A stretch of DNA of 64,000 nucleotides from Felis catus (GCF_018350175.1 NC_058368.1:7626001-7690000), one strand, 5' to 3'; shown: positions 12,113 to 26,020, numbered from the stretch's first letter. Translations and numbers: made by a program. The notes: generated by a model not told the origin, from the letters alone.

Positions 12113-12552
12113 GGGGGCGCCCGGGTGGCTCAGTCCGTTAATCATCCAGCTTTGGCTCAGGCGATGATCTCGCGGTTGGTGGGTTCCAGCCCTGCGTCGG
12201 GCTCTCTGCCGACAGCTCGGAGCCTGGAGCCTGCTTCGGACCCTGTGTCTCCCTCTCTCTCTGCCCCTCCCCTGCTCATGCTCTGTCTCTGTCTCTAAAT
12301 AAACATTAGGAAAAAAAATTAAAAAAAAAAAGGGGGCGCCTGGGTGGCTCAGTCGGTTGAGCTTCCGACTCTGACTCAGGTCACGGTCTCGCGGCTCGTG
12401 AGTTCGAGCCCCGCGTCGGGCTCTGTGCTGATGGCTCAGAGCCCGGAGCCTGCTTCAGGATTCTGTGTCTCCCTCTCTGCCCCTCCCCTGGTCTCTCTCT
12501 CTCAAAAATAAATAAACATTAAAAAGAATTAAAAAAAAAAACAAAACAAAAC
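12113..12552 (+). mobile_element. Two head-to-tail Can-SINEs (12113-12331, 12332-12552)
   Basis: The second head directly follows the first A tail. Outer repeats ca(c/t)gaaatgg. Confidence 0.9.
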
Positions 12553-12635
12553 ATGAAATGGCACACACTGCATAGAGGTAAGGACGAGCCAGCTCTGGGG
12601 AGCATTAGAGGTCACGGGTCACGCACCCTGATTTA

Positions 12636-12974
<339 letters not shown>

Positions 12975-13429
12975 TCAACATTCTAATAGGCTTAAAAAAA
13001 AAAAAAAATCAACCGGCATCTCTTTAAAACTCCTTGTGAACAAAGGCTTGTGCTTGGAAATGGGTAAGTGTCACAGCAGACACCATGAAGGAGGAACCAG
13101 TCAGGTGACCAGAGGTAAGGAGATACTGGTAAATTAGTGGACGACCTTCTTGGAAGGGCTTTAGTGGAAATACCACCTACAGGAATGTGGTGAAGGGAGC
13201 ACACCCCATCTCTTCCAGGAATGATACCAGGCTGGCTTCTGTGGCTTTAATAATCTCCAGGAGCACGAGAGGCGGGTTTTGAGTTAGTACAGCCTGGGAT
13301 GGGAACCAAGACGTGGGGGTGGATAGGTTCCCGGGGTAGAGCTTTTTGTAGTATTTTCTTTCTCGTGAGTTGAGGAGCCCCTCACCACGCATGTTCAACC
13401 TGCCCAGTGAAATCAGAGCTCGAAGGGTA

Positions 13430-13545
13430 CTTTGCCAACTCAGTCAGTAGAGCCTGCGCCCTGACCTGGGAGTCATGAGTTCGAGCCCCACATCGCACGT
13501 AGAGATTATTGAAGGAAATAAAAAAACAAAACAAAACCAAACCGA
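13430..13545 (+). mobile_element. Short tRNA-derived SINE fragment
   Basis: ctcagtcagtagagc...gagttcgagcccca plus A-rich tail. Confidence 0.7.
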
Positions 13546-14301
13546 AGCTCAAGAAAGAAACCCGATTTTAAATCCTGCACAAACCGATGAGCTGGTAAAA
13601 CCAAACAGGCTGGTCTGGCTAATTTGATTAATTACACGGATTAACCGAGGTGCCACATGCAATTCACCTTCCCACGTAAGAGACGGCCAGCTAGTAAGGC
13701 TAAAAACTGCACAGCCACACAGAAGCTTTGATCATATTTACGACTTCAGCTCCAACGAGTGAGGTATGGATCTAACATCAGCCCGGATGGTTATTTGATG
13801 CTAATGGGAATGCAGTTTAATTTGATTTTTAACGTTTATTGGCCGTTTCCCCGGACAGGTGCTTTCATGTTGGTTTTATTGGTTTATTCCCACAACAACC
13901 CCAGTGAGGGAAGCGTATAATCCTCACGGGAAACGCTGCACGTGTCCCAGAGGTTATGCGCAGACTTGGGGCTCAGCCCATCTGTGCTCTAATCCACGTG
14001 CTGTGTAATCATGGGCAGAGTTATGTTTCTGTGCCTCAGTTTCCTCACCCCCAAGAGAGATGCTTTGAGGACTAAATGAATATATGTAAAGCACTTAGAA
14101 TAGTACTAAGCACACAGTAGGCACTGTGTCAGCACTCGCTGTTATTATCATTTCACAAGTGGGGACAAAAAAGCACCCAGAAATTCCAAAACGTAAGGAC
14201 AGGGGATTACGTCCAGGTGTTGTAATTCTTACAGCCACGTTCTTTCACTGCACAATTTTATCATTTAGTATTTCTAATAGCTCTCTTATAAATAACACAT
14301 C

Positions 14302-14619
14302 GGGGGGCACTTGGCTGGCTCAGTCACTAGAGCATGTGACTCTTGATCTCAGGGTTATGAGTTCGAGCCCCACGCTGGGTGTAGAAATTACTTAAAAATA
14401 AAATCTTAAATTAAAAAAAAAACACACAACAGGGCGCCTCGGTGGTTCAGTCGGCTGAGCATCTGACCCTTGGTGTCGACTCAGGTCATGATCCCAGGGT
14501 CTTGGGATCAAGCCCCACAGAGGGCTCAGCGCTGAACCTGAAGCCTGCTGAAGACCGGCTCTCTCCCCCTGCCCCCCTCCCCTGCGCGTTCTCTCTCTAA
14601 AATTAAAAAAAATAAAAAA
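14302..14619 (+). mobile_element. Short tRNA-like SINE (14302-14422) followed by an older Can-SINE (14432-14619)
   Basis: Two heads, each with an A tail. Confidence 0.85.
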
Positions 14620-15195
14620 CCCACATCTATCCTTAGGGATTTAAAATTTTTTAAATTAATTAATTAATTAATTATTTTTAAAAATTTTTTATGTTCAGTC
14701 ATGTTTTAGGTCTCCCCGTGTGGCAGTCATAAGATGCTAAACCTTCACTAGCTAACGTTTACGTTCAATGTTGTGCCTTTAAAGATTTTGCATTTAACAT
14801 TTAATTTATATGTCGTACTTAAAAAAAAAAAAAACGTTTTATGGTAGCTATTGCCAAATCCCGCGATTGGAAACAGGACTCCAGTCACTGTACAGCTCCG
14901 GGAACTGTAGGCTCAGGTAACGGGTTTTGTTTAAAGCGTGGCTTGTGCTCCAAGGTACCCTACCTGATCTGCTGTGACAGAGGTGATGCTCCTCTACTCG
15001 GCTTTTATTACAGCTGGGACATTCCCTGAAGCTACAGAAAAAGCTGTCAAGCCTAAGAAAGCTAACGGCCGTGAGCAAGTGCTCGGACGTGGCCGTGACT
15101 CAAACACGCACCACAGGGAGTGCGGCTGTCTACCGTAACAACGACAAAACACACAGTGACGGCATAAAACAACGTGTACGAAGTAGCAGCCTCAC

Positions 15196-15318
15196 GTTGC
15201 CCCGGATAACGTAGTTGGAGTCACTCATGATATCTCGAGCCAGTCCAAAGTCACAGATCTTCACCACTTTCCCGTGGGTCACGAGCACGTTCCTGGCTGC
15301 CAGGTCTCTGTGAACACA
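15196..15318 (-). CDS. FLT3: FLT3 exon 20 (catalytic and activation loops)
   Basis: [41 protein letters not shown]; 123 nt, tag/gtgagg. Confidence 0.97.
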
Positions 15319-16426
15319 CTATAAAGAATGAAATTGGAGTGTTATTTACTGTGATGCAGATGATCACAGAGTGCAAGCTTTCTTCCAGGTTCAGGGTCGG
15401 CGGGAGTTACAGATGACGGGAACGCGGGGTTCACCCGAGTGTCTTCTCTTTCCTGGGCCGCTTGCTTCGTGGCACTGACTGAACGCGGACGGCCCAGGTC
15501 TCCGGTTATTGTGGATGCGGTCATCCGCGCTGCTTATGGAACGTTCCAGGAGGCCAAGGGGCTGGGTTCTTAGGAGAGCAAGGCTGGCTGGGGGTTGTGT
15601 CTTGCTATAAACAAAAAGCCAGTAACAGGGCCCGCTGTTGAGCTCCGGAGGGGATTTTCAGAGAGTGACTTCCAGCACTCTTACTGCGGGGCGGAGAAAA
15701 CGACCTCTTTCCTGACCGGTGCTCTCGACAGCGAGAGTACTGGCAAAGAAAATAGTTGGAAGATATGAAAACAATAAGTTTGGGAAGGAGGACTGAAGTG
15801 CAGTGGGGAGCCCCTGGGTTGAGAGATGACAAGACAGGAACCCGAGTGGTCCGGCAAGAGAATTAACTCTAAGAAAGAAGGTATTCAAAGGAACAGGGCG
15901 CTAAGGAGTAAAGGGCCAAAGGGGTTCTCTCTTCAACCTTGAAAGAAATAAAAGCAAAAACCCAACAGACTCAAATCCCTCTAGCTCTCCCTCCTCCCTA
16001 GCCGGTGCTCTGAGAGCGCGGTCCTCGGCCCGTGGACTCCGCTTACTTTGCACCCACGTCACCACCGGGCCCCTGCAACCTGCCTTCCTCTTCCCCAACG
16101 CCTGCCAACTGCTTTGGCCGAGCCCTGCGGTGCACAGCCCAGCCCAGCCCGGCAGAGCTCTGCGCTGACCTTCCGGCGGTAACTGGTCCTGTTCGGCAGC
16201 CCCTCCTTCTTCACGACCTTCCTTCTGTGAATCTGGCCCGTTCACTGGCCCCTGGGGGAACCTGTTTCTTCCCATGGCCCCATGCAAGCCTGCTCTCATC
16301 CCCCAGTGCTGCCCCCTCTCGTTTCACATCCCCCCACCCGCCAGCCGCTTCGTCCAAACCTAGGGAGGCAACCGCCATCACCCAAACCTCAATTTCCAAC
16401 CCAAACGTGTCTCTTTTTGTCCTTTA

Positions 16427-16640
16427 ATTTTTTTTAACATTTATTCATTATTGAGACAGAGACAGAGACAGAGCACGAGCAGGGGAGGGGCAGAGAGAGG
16501 GGGAGACACAGAATCCGAAGCAGGCTCCAGGTTCCGAGCTGTCAGCACAGAGCCCGACATGGGGCTCGAACTCACACACTGTGAGATCATGACCTGAGCC
16601 GAAGTCGGACGCCCAACTGACTGAGCCACCCAGGCGCCCC
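16427..16640 (-). mobile_element. Can-SINE
   Basis: Reverse copy, TSD-like ccaaac...tctctt. Confidence 0.9.
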
Positions 16641-17569
16641 CCAAACATTTCTCTTGAGCTTCAGATAGGGATAGGCAAAAATCTACTGGGTTAGGACCCT
16701 ACTTTGCTGCCCAAGAGACCTCACTACGCCACACATTTAACTCATGACCTTTCTTAGCGGACTTCCTCCTGATTTCATGTTCCCTGCCCGATCCCATGTT
16801 CCCTGCTGGTTTTCCTTTGCCTCAAACATCTCCTCTAGCCCAAGCCTGGGCTCCTTCCACAAGCTTTTCCCGCACCGCCTCCCCTCCCCCCGGGTCTGAC
16901 CCGCCTGTGCCTCTCCTGGGTCCCCAGGACTTACTGGAACGTGAATATTTACCCCACTCCAGTGTCATCTTTGATTTGCATGTCTGCTTGTCTCTTTCTC
17001 CCCTGTCAGGGATAAGAGCTGACTCTGTTTCAGCACCTAGCACGGTGCCCCAGGGCTCAAGTAACGTTTGATGGGGTCACGGAACCTACGGGGAAACTGA
17101 GGAGCAACCAGAGACGGAGGGAGAAAGGACAGACCGATGCAGAGGACAGGGTCTAAGAAAGTGGATAGTCCTCAGAAAATTCTTATTATAACAAGCCCAG
17201 AGGGGGAAAAAAGCAGTGCCCCTTGACCTCCAGTTGTGAGAAGTTTGAGTATTTACTTAAGGACAGGCAATCAAGCTAGATGCCCTCCAAGGTCCACAAA
17301 GACACTCACGGAAGCCCTACTGTGGCCGCGTAGGTGAACTACAGATAAAGCAACTATCCGTACACTTGAGACAAGAGGAGTCCAACAGCCAGTAGGGAAG
17401 ATGAAGAGAAGAACGGGCCTCAAGGGGAGGGATGGGAAAATATTATAAGATGGGATTTTTTTTTTAAACTATTGAGCAAGGATGCCCACATTTGGAAAAG
17501 ACGAGCCAAGAAGGTCACGTGCCCTTTCAATACGCATGAGGAAAACAAAACAAAACCCCTGAGCGTCTA

Positions 17570-18030
17570 ACTGGAGTTGCGTTAAACATACAGATTAACT
17601 TGGACAGAACTGACGTTTCTGGTAAACGCAGAGTCTCTCCTACATGAACCCGGTGAAGCTCATTCAGGCCTTCCTCCTGCCATTGAATAATGTCTCACGG
17701 GCTTATTCACGGGGATCTTGCAGATTTCTGGTTCTGTTTATCTCAAGATGCTTCATAGGTTTGGTTACTATTATGAAGACCACTTTTTCCTGTTCTTCAA
17801 AGCTGTAGATTTATTTCACGTTAATCTTTTTAAAACTGAGATAGACTCGACCTATAACATCATATTACAGCAAGTGCTTTTTTGAAGCATAATTTATTGT
17901 CAAGTTGTCTAACATACAGTATGTAAACTGTGCTCTTGGTTTTTGGGGTAGGTTCCCGTGGTTCGTCGCTTACGTACAAGCGCCCTCCTCAGTGCCCATC
18001 ACCCACTTTGCCCTCTTCCCACAGCCCCAG
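17570..18030 (-). mobile_element. L1 fragments including a carnivore L1 3' end (about 17880-18020)
   Basis: aatttattgtcaagttg...gccctcctcagtgcccatcacccacttt. Confidence 0.65.
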
Positions 18031-18883
18031 AAAGTAATTTTTTTAGAGAAAAAACTACAGTTGAAAGCCTTCTCTCCAAATTCAGGGCGAGAGGAGGCAA
18101 GAGGAGGGATGTGGAGGAGAGAGGGAGAAAGAGAATGAAAATTCATAGGGAAAAGAGGAGGGAAGAGTTTGGGAAATAGAGAGAAGGTAAAGGTGGCCTT
18201 CGGCAGAGACGAAGGACGAGACGGCAAGGACAGAAAGGAGCCAGAGGAATGGCTTTCATCTGCTTACAGGCAGGAGACATTTGAAATGTCAGAGAACAGG
18301 ACTGAAAGCCGGTTGCAGAAAGAATGCAAAGTGGAGATAGAAACCGTGGTTTGTGGCAGGATCCACGGCCTGGATCTGGGATTAGCGGCAGAGGAAGCCG
18401 GGAGGGCCCAGGAACGGTGCTGGCCCGCAGCAGGGCACCGCAGAGAAGGCAAAGGCGGAGGTGGGCAGAGTGGGGGACGGGCTGGCCCCACAAGCACGGC
18501 GCATGGTATTTGAGCCTCCATTTACCCAGGGCCAAATGCCTGAACAACCTGAACTGACCGTCCAAGGAAGGACTGACTCTGTACACCTCGCTTTGACCGC
18601 CTATCTGGAAGTTTCAGGGGACTTTGGACAGCCTGGGAGGGCTGCGATAACCATTATCTAATAAGGGATCCCGGGGCCTTCATAACTGTAATTCGTCAAG
18701 AGCCGGTGGGAAGAAGCATCTAGGCGGCTCCAACAGTGAAGGGTGTGGTGGTTGGGGGGGTGGGGGGGGTGGGGAGGGGCGAGACTTTAAGGGATACAAG
18801 TTAAAACAAACCAGAAAAGGGAGAGCACATCTCATTTCCCAGATTATCTTGCTGTGTTAGTTTCTTCTTCACAAGGCGCTTAC

Positions 18884-19011
18884 CGACTTAAATTCCAGAA
18901 ATTCCATTCCCTTGGCAACTTGATAGGCGAAGCAGAGAAGATCTTCAAATGTCAGCACGTTCAAGTCCTCTTCTTCTTCCAGCCTCTTTTGGTTTTCATA
19001 TTCGATTTCAT
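18884..19011 (-). CDS. FLT3: FLT3 exon 19
   Basis: DEIEYENQKRLEEEEDLNVLTFEDLLCFAYQVAKGMEFLEFKS; 128 nt. Confidence 0.97.
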
Positions 19012-19427
19012 CTGTAAGACAGAACGGGTCCTCATGTTTTCCAGAGTCTATGAAGTTGTCCCAGTAAAGCTCCACGGGCAGTTATTAGAGTCACAGTGAG
19101 CTGGGGCACCCAGACTGCAGAAAGACGCTATCACCGCACGTCTCTGGCGGCCTTGGGGCTAACCCATCTATGCCAGAAGCTGTGCCTCATTTTACTGTTG
19201 TTCCATTTAATCCTCCTGCTGGTCCTATGAGAAAAGTATCATTGGGCCTACTTGACAGATGACAAAGTTGTGGCTCAGATGGTGACATAATTCATCCAGT
19301 CTTCCAGCCAGGAAGTGAAGGAACCCCAAGGCCAACCCAACTTCTGTCTGATTCCAGAACTCATCATTGTTCCACTTATCAGTACTCGGTGGCCCTAATA
19401 AATGTATGACTTTAAAAAGAACCACCT

Positions 19428-19664
19428 GGGGGCGCCTGGGTGGCGCAGTCGGTTAAGCGTCCGACTTCAGCCAGGTCACGATCTCGCGGTCCGTGGGTTC
19501 GAGCCCCGCTTCAGGCTCTGGGCTGATGGCTCAGAGCCTGGAGCCTGTTTCCCATTCTGTGTCTCCCTCTCTCTCTGCCCCTCCCCCGTTCATGTTCTGT
19601 CTCTCTCTGTCCCCAAAAAAATAAATAAACGTTGAAAAAAAAATTTTTTTTCAATAAAATAAAA
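19428..19664 (+). mobile_element. Young feline Can-SINE (SINEC_Fc-like)
   Basis: gtggcgcagtcggttaagcgtccgacttcagccaggtcacg; TSD aaaaagaaccacctg. Confidence 0.93.
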
Positions 19665-19905
19665 AGAACCACCTGACCAAATAAGATAGCCCTCGATGTT
19701 TATTAGCTGCATACTGACGTAAAATGCACGATATACGAACCACTGGCTTTTCACCACCTTTAGAGCAAATATGCATTAATAAAGCCTACAAATGACATTA
19801 GCAAAGAAAATCGTGTTTCGCGTTTACAAACTTTTAAAAAATAGCTAATAGAATTCCTGTATCCGTTTCTGTTGTAAGGTGCTACTAATTAGAATAAAAT
19901 ATTAC

Positions 19906-19988
19906 CTTCAGATTGAAATGAGTTCCCGTTGAACCCTGAGATGTGATCCAAGTCCTGGCGTATCTGAACTTCTCTTGAACCAGGCATG
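19906..19988 (-). CDS. FLT3: FLT3 exon 18 (kinase insert)
   Basis: MPGSREVQIRQDLDHISGFNGNSFQSE; 83 nt, tag/gtaata. Confidence 0.93.
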
Positions 19989-20399
19989 CTATTAAAAAAA
20001 ATTATTTCGTTATTTATGTTCTTCTTCTGAGTAGACATTATATTTTAAAAAAATTACAATTCATCAAAGAAATGAATTCCAGTTATAAATGGGCTTTTAA
20101 ACAAAAAGCACAGCATCCATTGGTCCATTTTTCGTGCATGTGGGCATTAAAAACACGTGTGGAATTAATTGGGCTTGCCAAGTCTCACTAGGAGAGGAGT
20201 GGTCCCCACTCTCTGTATAACGTCCTTACAGTTCAAAGAGGACCTCATTCCGTCCTTGCCACAACGTGACAAGCTGGGTGTGAGAGGCACATTTCACAAA
20301 AGACTTGGTGAGATAAATGTGATTTGCTGAAATCACAAAGCTCACAAAACGTACAATTAGGACTCAGGCCTCTTCTGTTTCTAAAAGCTCACTTTCCCT

Positions 20400-20620
20400 G
20401 GGGTGCCTGGGTGGCTCAGTCGGTTGAGCGTCCGACTTCAGCTCAGGTCATGATCTCGCGGTTTGTGGGTTCGAGCCCCACGCCGGGCTCTGTGCTGACG
20501 GCTCGGAGCCTGGAGCCTGCTTTGGAGTCTGTGTCTCCTTCTCTCTCTGCCCCTCCCCTGCTCATGCTTTGTCTCACTCTGCTTCTCAAAAATAAATAAA
20601 CGTAAAAAAAAATTTTTAAA
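20400..20620 (+). mobile_element. Can-SINE
   Basis: TSD aaagctcactttccct. Confidence 0.92.
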
Positions 20621-22084
20621 GCTCACTTTCCCTACAAAAACTCATGTAATACGGATTTTCCAAAAAGACTTCTAAGTGTTTTACCATCCTTCTGTCCTCA
20701 AGCTGGTCTTTGTAAATAAAGCTAATTTCCCTTTCCCGTGAAATTAATAAATAGTAACATCGATAATCTCTTTTATGGTTATAATGTAAAATTCTTCACC
20801 GAGGAATTCTGTGCGCATTGTATACAAGGATGCCATTTATTCCCGCGTACAATTTCACCCCAATTTACAATTTCCCTATCTTTGGAAAATGGCATCCTTT
20901 CAGACCACAAATGTCCCTAAATTGCTTCAGTGGATTTAATATCCCAGTGACCAGAATGAATCAAAGGCCCTGTTGAGCAGGATTAGTTGTTACTAACCAT
21001 GGAGTGCTGATCACACACATCCGACTCATTAAGAGACTCTATTCTAGAATACAGATGACATTATAGAATTTTCTCAGTTTTCGAATATGAACTGAGAAAC
21101 GAGTGTAGAAGACAAGACTGGGGTGATGGGTATCAATCGGTTAAGGGCAAGCGCACAAAGACGCCCCTGGGGACCTCCATGGGGCCTCCCGGCTTTAAGA
21201 TGCTAGGTCTCCGTCTCAGACCTTAGAAGGCCAAAGGCGTGCACTGAAAGCTACACACTTAGAAATCAAGGCTGGAATCTCAAACGCACCCTCCAAAAGT
21301 CGCGCAGTAAAGACAAAAGTCTCTAACGATTGTGCCTTTAGAATAAGGGAGATTCCGCATATGGCAAGGACACAGGAATGCACTGTGGACTGAGGAATCA
21401 TTCTATGAAGAACACCTCAGAGAAAGGTGTTACACGATGTTCAAGTAATTAGCAAGAAATTCCCAAGGATGAGGACCAAAGGATCACCAAACTCCTATAG
21501 CCCTCGTTTATACACACTACAACAAGAAATCTCAACAGGACTGAGAATCACACGGGTTCCGCATGGATGGCAGAATACACAACGGGGGGCACAGGGACAA
21601 ATGTTACCGCTTCTTAATTTTGCCCCCATCACATTACGTCAATTGATCCGTTCTAATTTTTGAAAATCCAATTTTTGAGTTCAGAGCAAAAGGCCCAAGA
21701 CCTGAACTACTCTCAGTGAGTACGTGGAGGGCTTTGGAAAAAGCATTCATTCTTTCAACTGGGATCTACGTGTCATCCAGCAGACCTGAAAGACAGAATA
21801 ATGCACTCTTCCCAAAACTGAGCCTGGGTCCAGGGGTGTGATTCCGGCACAGGTGGACGGAGACAGCTACAGTCCCTGCACCACGGGAAAGCAAAAGGTG
21901 TCATTGTTCCAATCAGCAGAGAAAACTATAGCAAAGATAAGTGGCCTTTCTAGATCTTAGAACCCCCAGAGCACACAATGCCGGACTACGGCCTTCAGAG
22001 ACTGGCCAGCGGGGGGTGTTTAACCATCATATTTTGTCTGTGTTCTACAACATATAATTGTGAAACCTTGACCCCGTCTCTTAC

Positions 22085-22238
22085 CTGGAATTTGGGTATG
22101 ATTGGAAAGCGGGGTAAAAACTGAAATTGTGCTCCTTGAAAATCTCCGTCCACGTCCTGTGAAATTTTTCTCTCTTATTTCTTAGGTAGTTGAGAAGATC
22201 ACCATAGCAACAGTATTCAAAAATCAAGTAAACTGGTC
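22085..22238 (-). CDS. FLT3: FLT3 exon 17 (gatekeeper/hinge)
   Basis: [51 protein letters not shown]; 154 nt. Confidence 0.97.
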
Positions 22239-22380
22239 CTGAAATAGTGAGAGTTTTCATTACAGGCATACAAATACCAAATAACTTTTTCAGACGTCTG
22301 TGTGGCAGACAACATAATCTAAGAGAGCCTACTTCTCCCCTGACTTTGGGCGAGTACAACTTTGAGCTGATCTCTTCTTC

Positions 22381-22502
22381 TTTTTTTTTTTAAGTTTTTT
22401 TTTTTTTAAAGTAACCTCTATACCCAACGTGGGACTCGAACTCACAACCCCGAGATCAAGTCGCACTTGATCGGCTCCACCGACTGAGCCAGCCAGCACC
22501 CC
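22381..22502 (-). mobile_element. Short tRNA-like SINE
   Basis: Poly-T tail; TSD tgagct(g/t)atctcttc. Confidence 0.8.
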
Positions 22503-22824
22503 TGAGCTTATCTCTTCCTGTACAATTCAATTCCAGCTTTTTGCTCTAACTCCCTTGGAACGCGGTATCGTCTTGCCTTCTGCGTGGGTGCTAGTTGCAC
22601 CTGTTGCCTCGTCAATAACTACCGGCCACTTGGATTCTCCAGTTTGCAACTGGGAATAATATGCCAGCTGCACCGTGAGCACTTGTCAAATATATGCCGA
22701 TTTGCCATTTGCCGAGGAGGGAGAAATACATCACAAGCATCCTCTCGGATCCATTTTCTCTGTTTCCCATTTTTTGGTCCCAGTCCCAGAAGGAAGGACG
22801 CTTGAGCACATCCTTCAGGCGTTT

Positions 22825-23042
22825 CTTTTCTTTTTTTAATGCTTATTTATTTATTTTGAGAGACAGAGAGAGAAAGCGTGTGCAGGGGAGGGGCAGAGAG
22901 AAAGGGAGAGAGAGAGAATCCCAAGGAGGCTCCACGCTCAGTGTGGAGCCCGATGCGGGGCTCGATCCCACGAACCGTGAGATCGTGGCCTGAGCCAAAA
23001 TCGAGAGTTGGACACTTACCCGACGGAGCCACGCACGTGCCT
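22825..23042 (-). mobile_element. Can-SINE
   Basis: Reverse copy. Confidence 0.88.
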
Positions 23043-23500
23043 CCCCGTCCTTCGGGTATTTCTAAGCAGGAGTGAATCAGAGTGCGTGCTCCGTTGAATT
23101 CTGGGAAAATGAAGTCTGAAAGCCTGCCTTAGCTGTGCTTTATTTGAAGCCGCCCAAACAGGGCAGTGGCCAGGCTCTGCGGCCATTCTCGCCACTGCGT
23201 TTAGGCCAGTTTCACGGCCGGGGGAGAAGCTCCATCTGAGCAAGTAGAATGAGAAACCACAACGTGTACCCGCAGTGCTGTTGCTGTTTTCGAATAGGTG
23301 AAAATTATGTGGCGTCTCCCTATACAGAGAGGCCTTCTCTATACTGACCTATCTGATTTCAGAGGGTTCAACGTCTAATTCCACTTGGGTTTGGGGACCC
23401 ACACTGTGACTGAGGAAAGAGGAGAAAATGGGAACAGGTGTCCTCTGGGTCTTCAAGCTGAAATATTTTTGATGAGATGTTTTTAGTAGGAACTGATTAC

Positions 23501-23611
23501 CTGACAGTGTGCAGGCCCCCAGCAGATTTACGATATTCTCATGGTTTCCCAGGTGACTCATCATTTTGAGTTCGGACATGAGAGCCTCTCTTTCGGAACT
23601 GTCTGCTTTTT
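23501..23611 (-). CDS. FLT3: FLT3 exon 16
   Basis: [37 protein letters not shown]; 111 nt. Confidence 0.97.
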
Positions 23612-24769
23612 CTGTCAACGGAAAAGCGTACGAAACGTAAGGCCAAAGAAAAGTAGGTATTTTAGGTCATTTAATAAACGAAAACTTTCTCCAGTTCGAA
23701 TTTGCATGAAAAACCGTAATGCATAAAACGGTCCGCGATTGTTAATAAGAGCTTGTGTAGAAGGCAGAGTTTCAAAGATTGCGGTATAAAAGTTGAGCCT
23801 AATAACGAGCCTTTCCCCTGGACGTTCCTCTACCCACCAAAAATAGAAACCTTTCTAGTGGACCCTCAAAAAACCGAAATACAACAAAACGAAATACATG
23901 AAAAAGTTCGGAAATATGCCGAAGGGAGAAACGTAACTTTCTTTCGTTGTTTTGACTCTTGGGTTTGTTGGGCATGGAGAGACAGGACAGGAATGTCGGC
24001 AAGGGTGGCTGGCTCCAGTTCACGGTCCTCAGGTCTAAAACCTCGTACGTGTCAACAGGTCCAATGGTGAGAAGGTCAAAGAGACCAGTTCCCACTAACC
24101 AAGTTCTCGAGAGACTCGTTAACTGATCATGAGAGCTACCAAAAAGGCTAGAATGCATCCATTGGACAATGCATTCTCCCCCCCTGGAGATAAGTCTAGA
24201 TAGCTCGGCAAATTATCCTCATAATCTTGCTTAGAAGCATAGCGTAAGGGTAGTTACTGATAAACTCCCAGGTCTCACGTCAATGAGACTGATGTGCCCA
24301 GGTTGGTTGGGGCACCCCTGCCCGGGAGGGTGCTGGAGCCCTAGAAGCAGGGGCAGGGTCTTTGGACTTCCCTCTCCAGGTATCAGGCGCCAGGCACCCA
24401 CTCCACTGGTAACACCTTCTTTCCTATAGACGCGGTAACTTTTCTTTACATTCAGTGAAGAGTTGACTAGGTATTTCCAGGTGTCATTGCTTTGTCTTGG
24501 GAGACATCCTAGCCTGTACGGTAGCTTTTCCAGAGCACTGATGCCATCCATTTTGATTCAGTGAGCTGTCGGGGTTCTCTCACTGGGAGTAGGAGTGAGA
24601 TTCTCCACTGTGAGCACTGGGATCCCCTAGTACCTTGTGTCTTCTGCTTCATGTTTTATAGGGATCTGTAGCTTTCAAATCCCCATGGCTTGCCCGTCAC
24701 GACCAAAATAACATCTTTTATGGTGTGCTTAACTTTGCCAGAGCACTTTCATACCCCGTGACCTGACTT

Positions 24770-26020
24770 TCATTCATTCTCATCCATTCATTCACTCCTT
24801 CATCCCTTCAACAAGTATTTATTGAATGCCTGCTGTGTATGAGGCGATGTGCCAAGCGATGGGGGAAGGAGTGATAGCCAAAAGACACAGCCCCTGTCTT
24901 CTTGGAGGTTAGAGTCTCCTGAGAAAGGGAGCCGAGTAAATAAACAATTACAACCCAGTGTGGTAAATGCAAAGTGGCAAATGAATAGAAGGGGGCTGTG
25001 GGGTCACACAAGAGGGACGCCTAACCTAGCCTTGGAGGGGGGTGGAAGCGGACCCCGAATGCCTGAGGTAAGATAAGAGATAACCAGGCGAATTCACAGT
25101 GGGAAGGGAGGGAGAACATTCCACACTGAAGTAACAGAACGGGCACAGATCCAAATAAAAGAAAACACAGCAGAACAGATACCACCCTGGCCCTCACGCG
25201 CCTTACGGACCAATGTGGCAGATGAGACATTAATGGAGTAATTAAGCAAATACGTCATCCCCACTGTGATACATTGCATGAGGAAGAAGGCCTACGGAGA
25301 GCTAACTCACAGCAAGGAACTTGATCTCTGTGGTGTGAGAGAAGGCTTCTCTGAGGAAGTGATATTTCTGCTGAGATCTAAAGGAGGAGTGGGAGAGAAC
25401 CACGTGGAAGGGGAAGGGTGGGCAGAGGGATCAGCCTGCACATAGGCCCTGGGATGGGAGGGAGCACGGTGCTCTGGAGGAACCGAAAGCAGGCAGCCTC
25501 CCAGTGAGCGTGAGGTGGGGAGGGTGAGGTGGGGAGGAGGGCAGCCAGACGCTGCAGGGCTGCGGAGACTCCTTCGGGAGTAATCCCGAAGCACCGGGAA
25601 GTGCTAAGTGGGGAAACCGGTCTGCTTTGCATTCCATAACCGGCACTTGGGCCTCAACACTGAGAATCCAGAAGGAGCCCATAGGGCCTGCCTGGAGGGC
25701 CGCTGCAGCCATTCTGAAGAGAGAGGTTTGGCCCGGGGTGGTAGGGAGGTGAGAAGAGGGCGGGTTCAAGGAACACGGGGCAGGATACCAGGCAGGGACA
25801 GCCTGTGGGGTGCTAGAACGGACCCGGTTTCGAGGATGCGGCCTCGGTTTCCGGTTTGCCCTACTGTGGGGAAATCATGGCCAGTCATTGGCCCTCGGCA
25901 CCGATCACTGAGCGGGAGCGTTGATGGAGGGCCACGGTTGGAGGAGTTCAGTTTGAATTAGAGAACCTTTTGAGGTGCTCAGGCATTTGGACATAACCTG
26001 AGGCTCAGAAGGCAGAGCAA
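24770..26020 (+). mobile_element. L2 fossil fragments
   Basis: cattcattc...caacaagtatttattgaatgcctgctgtgt, then gagaaggcttctctgaggaagtgatattt...gagatct motifs. Confidence 0.65.

Noticed and set aside
14302..14400. tRNA-like sequences with A and B boxes (also about 13430, 22400, 59170)
   Set aside because: They have A-rich tails, TSDs where visible, and no intact cloverleaf, so they are SINEs rather than tRNA genes.
24160..24760. Possible LTR-like segment in intron 15
   Set aside because: I could not identify termini or a family by eye; it needs RepeatMasker.
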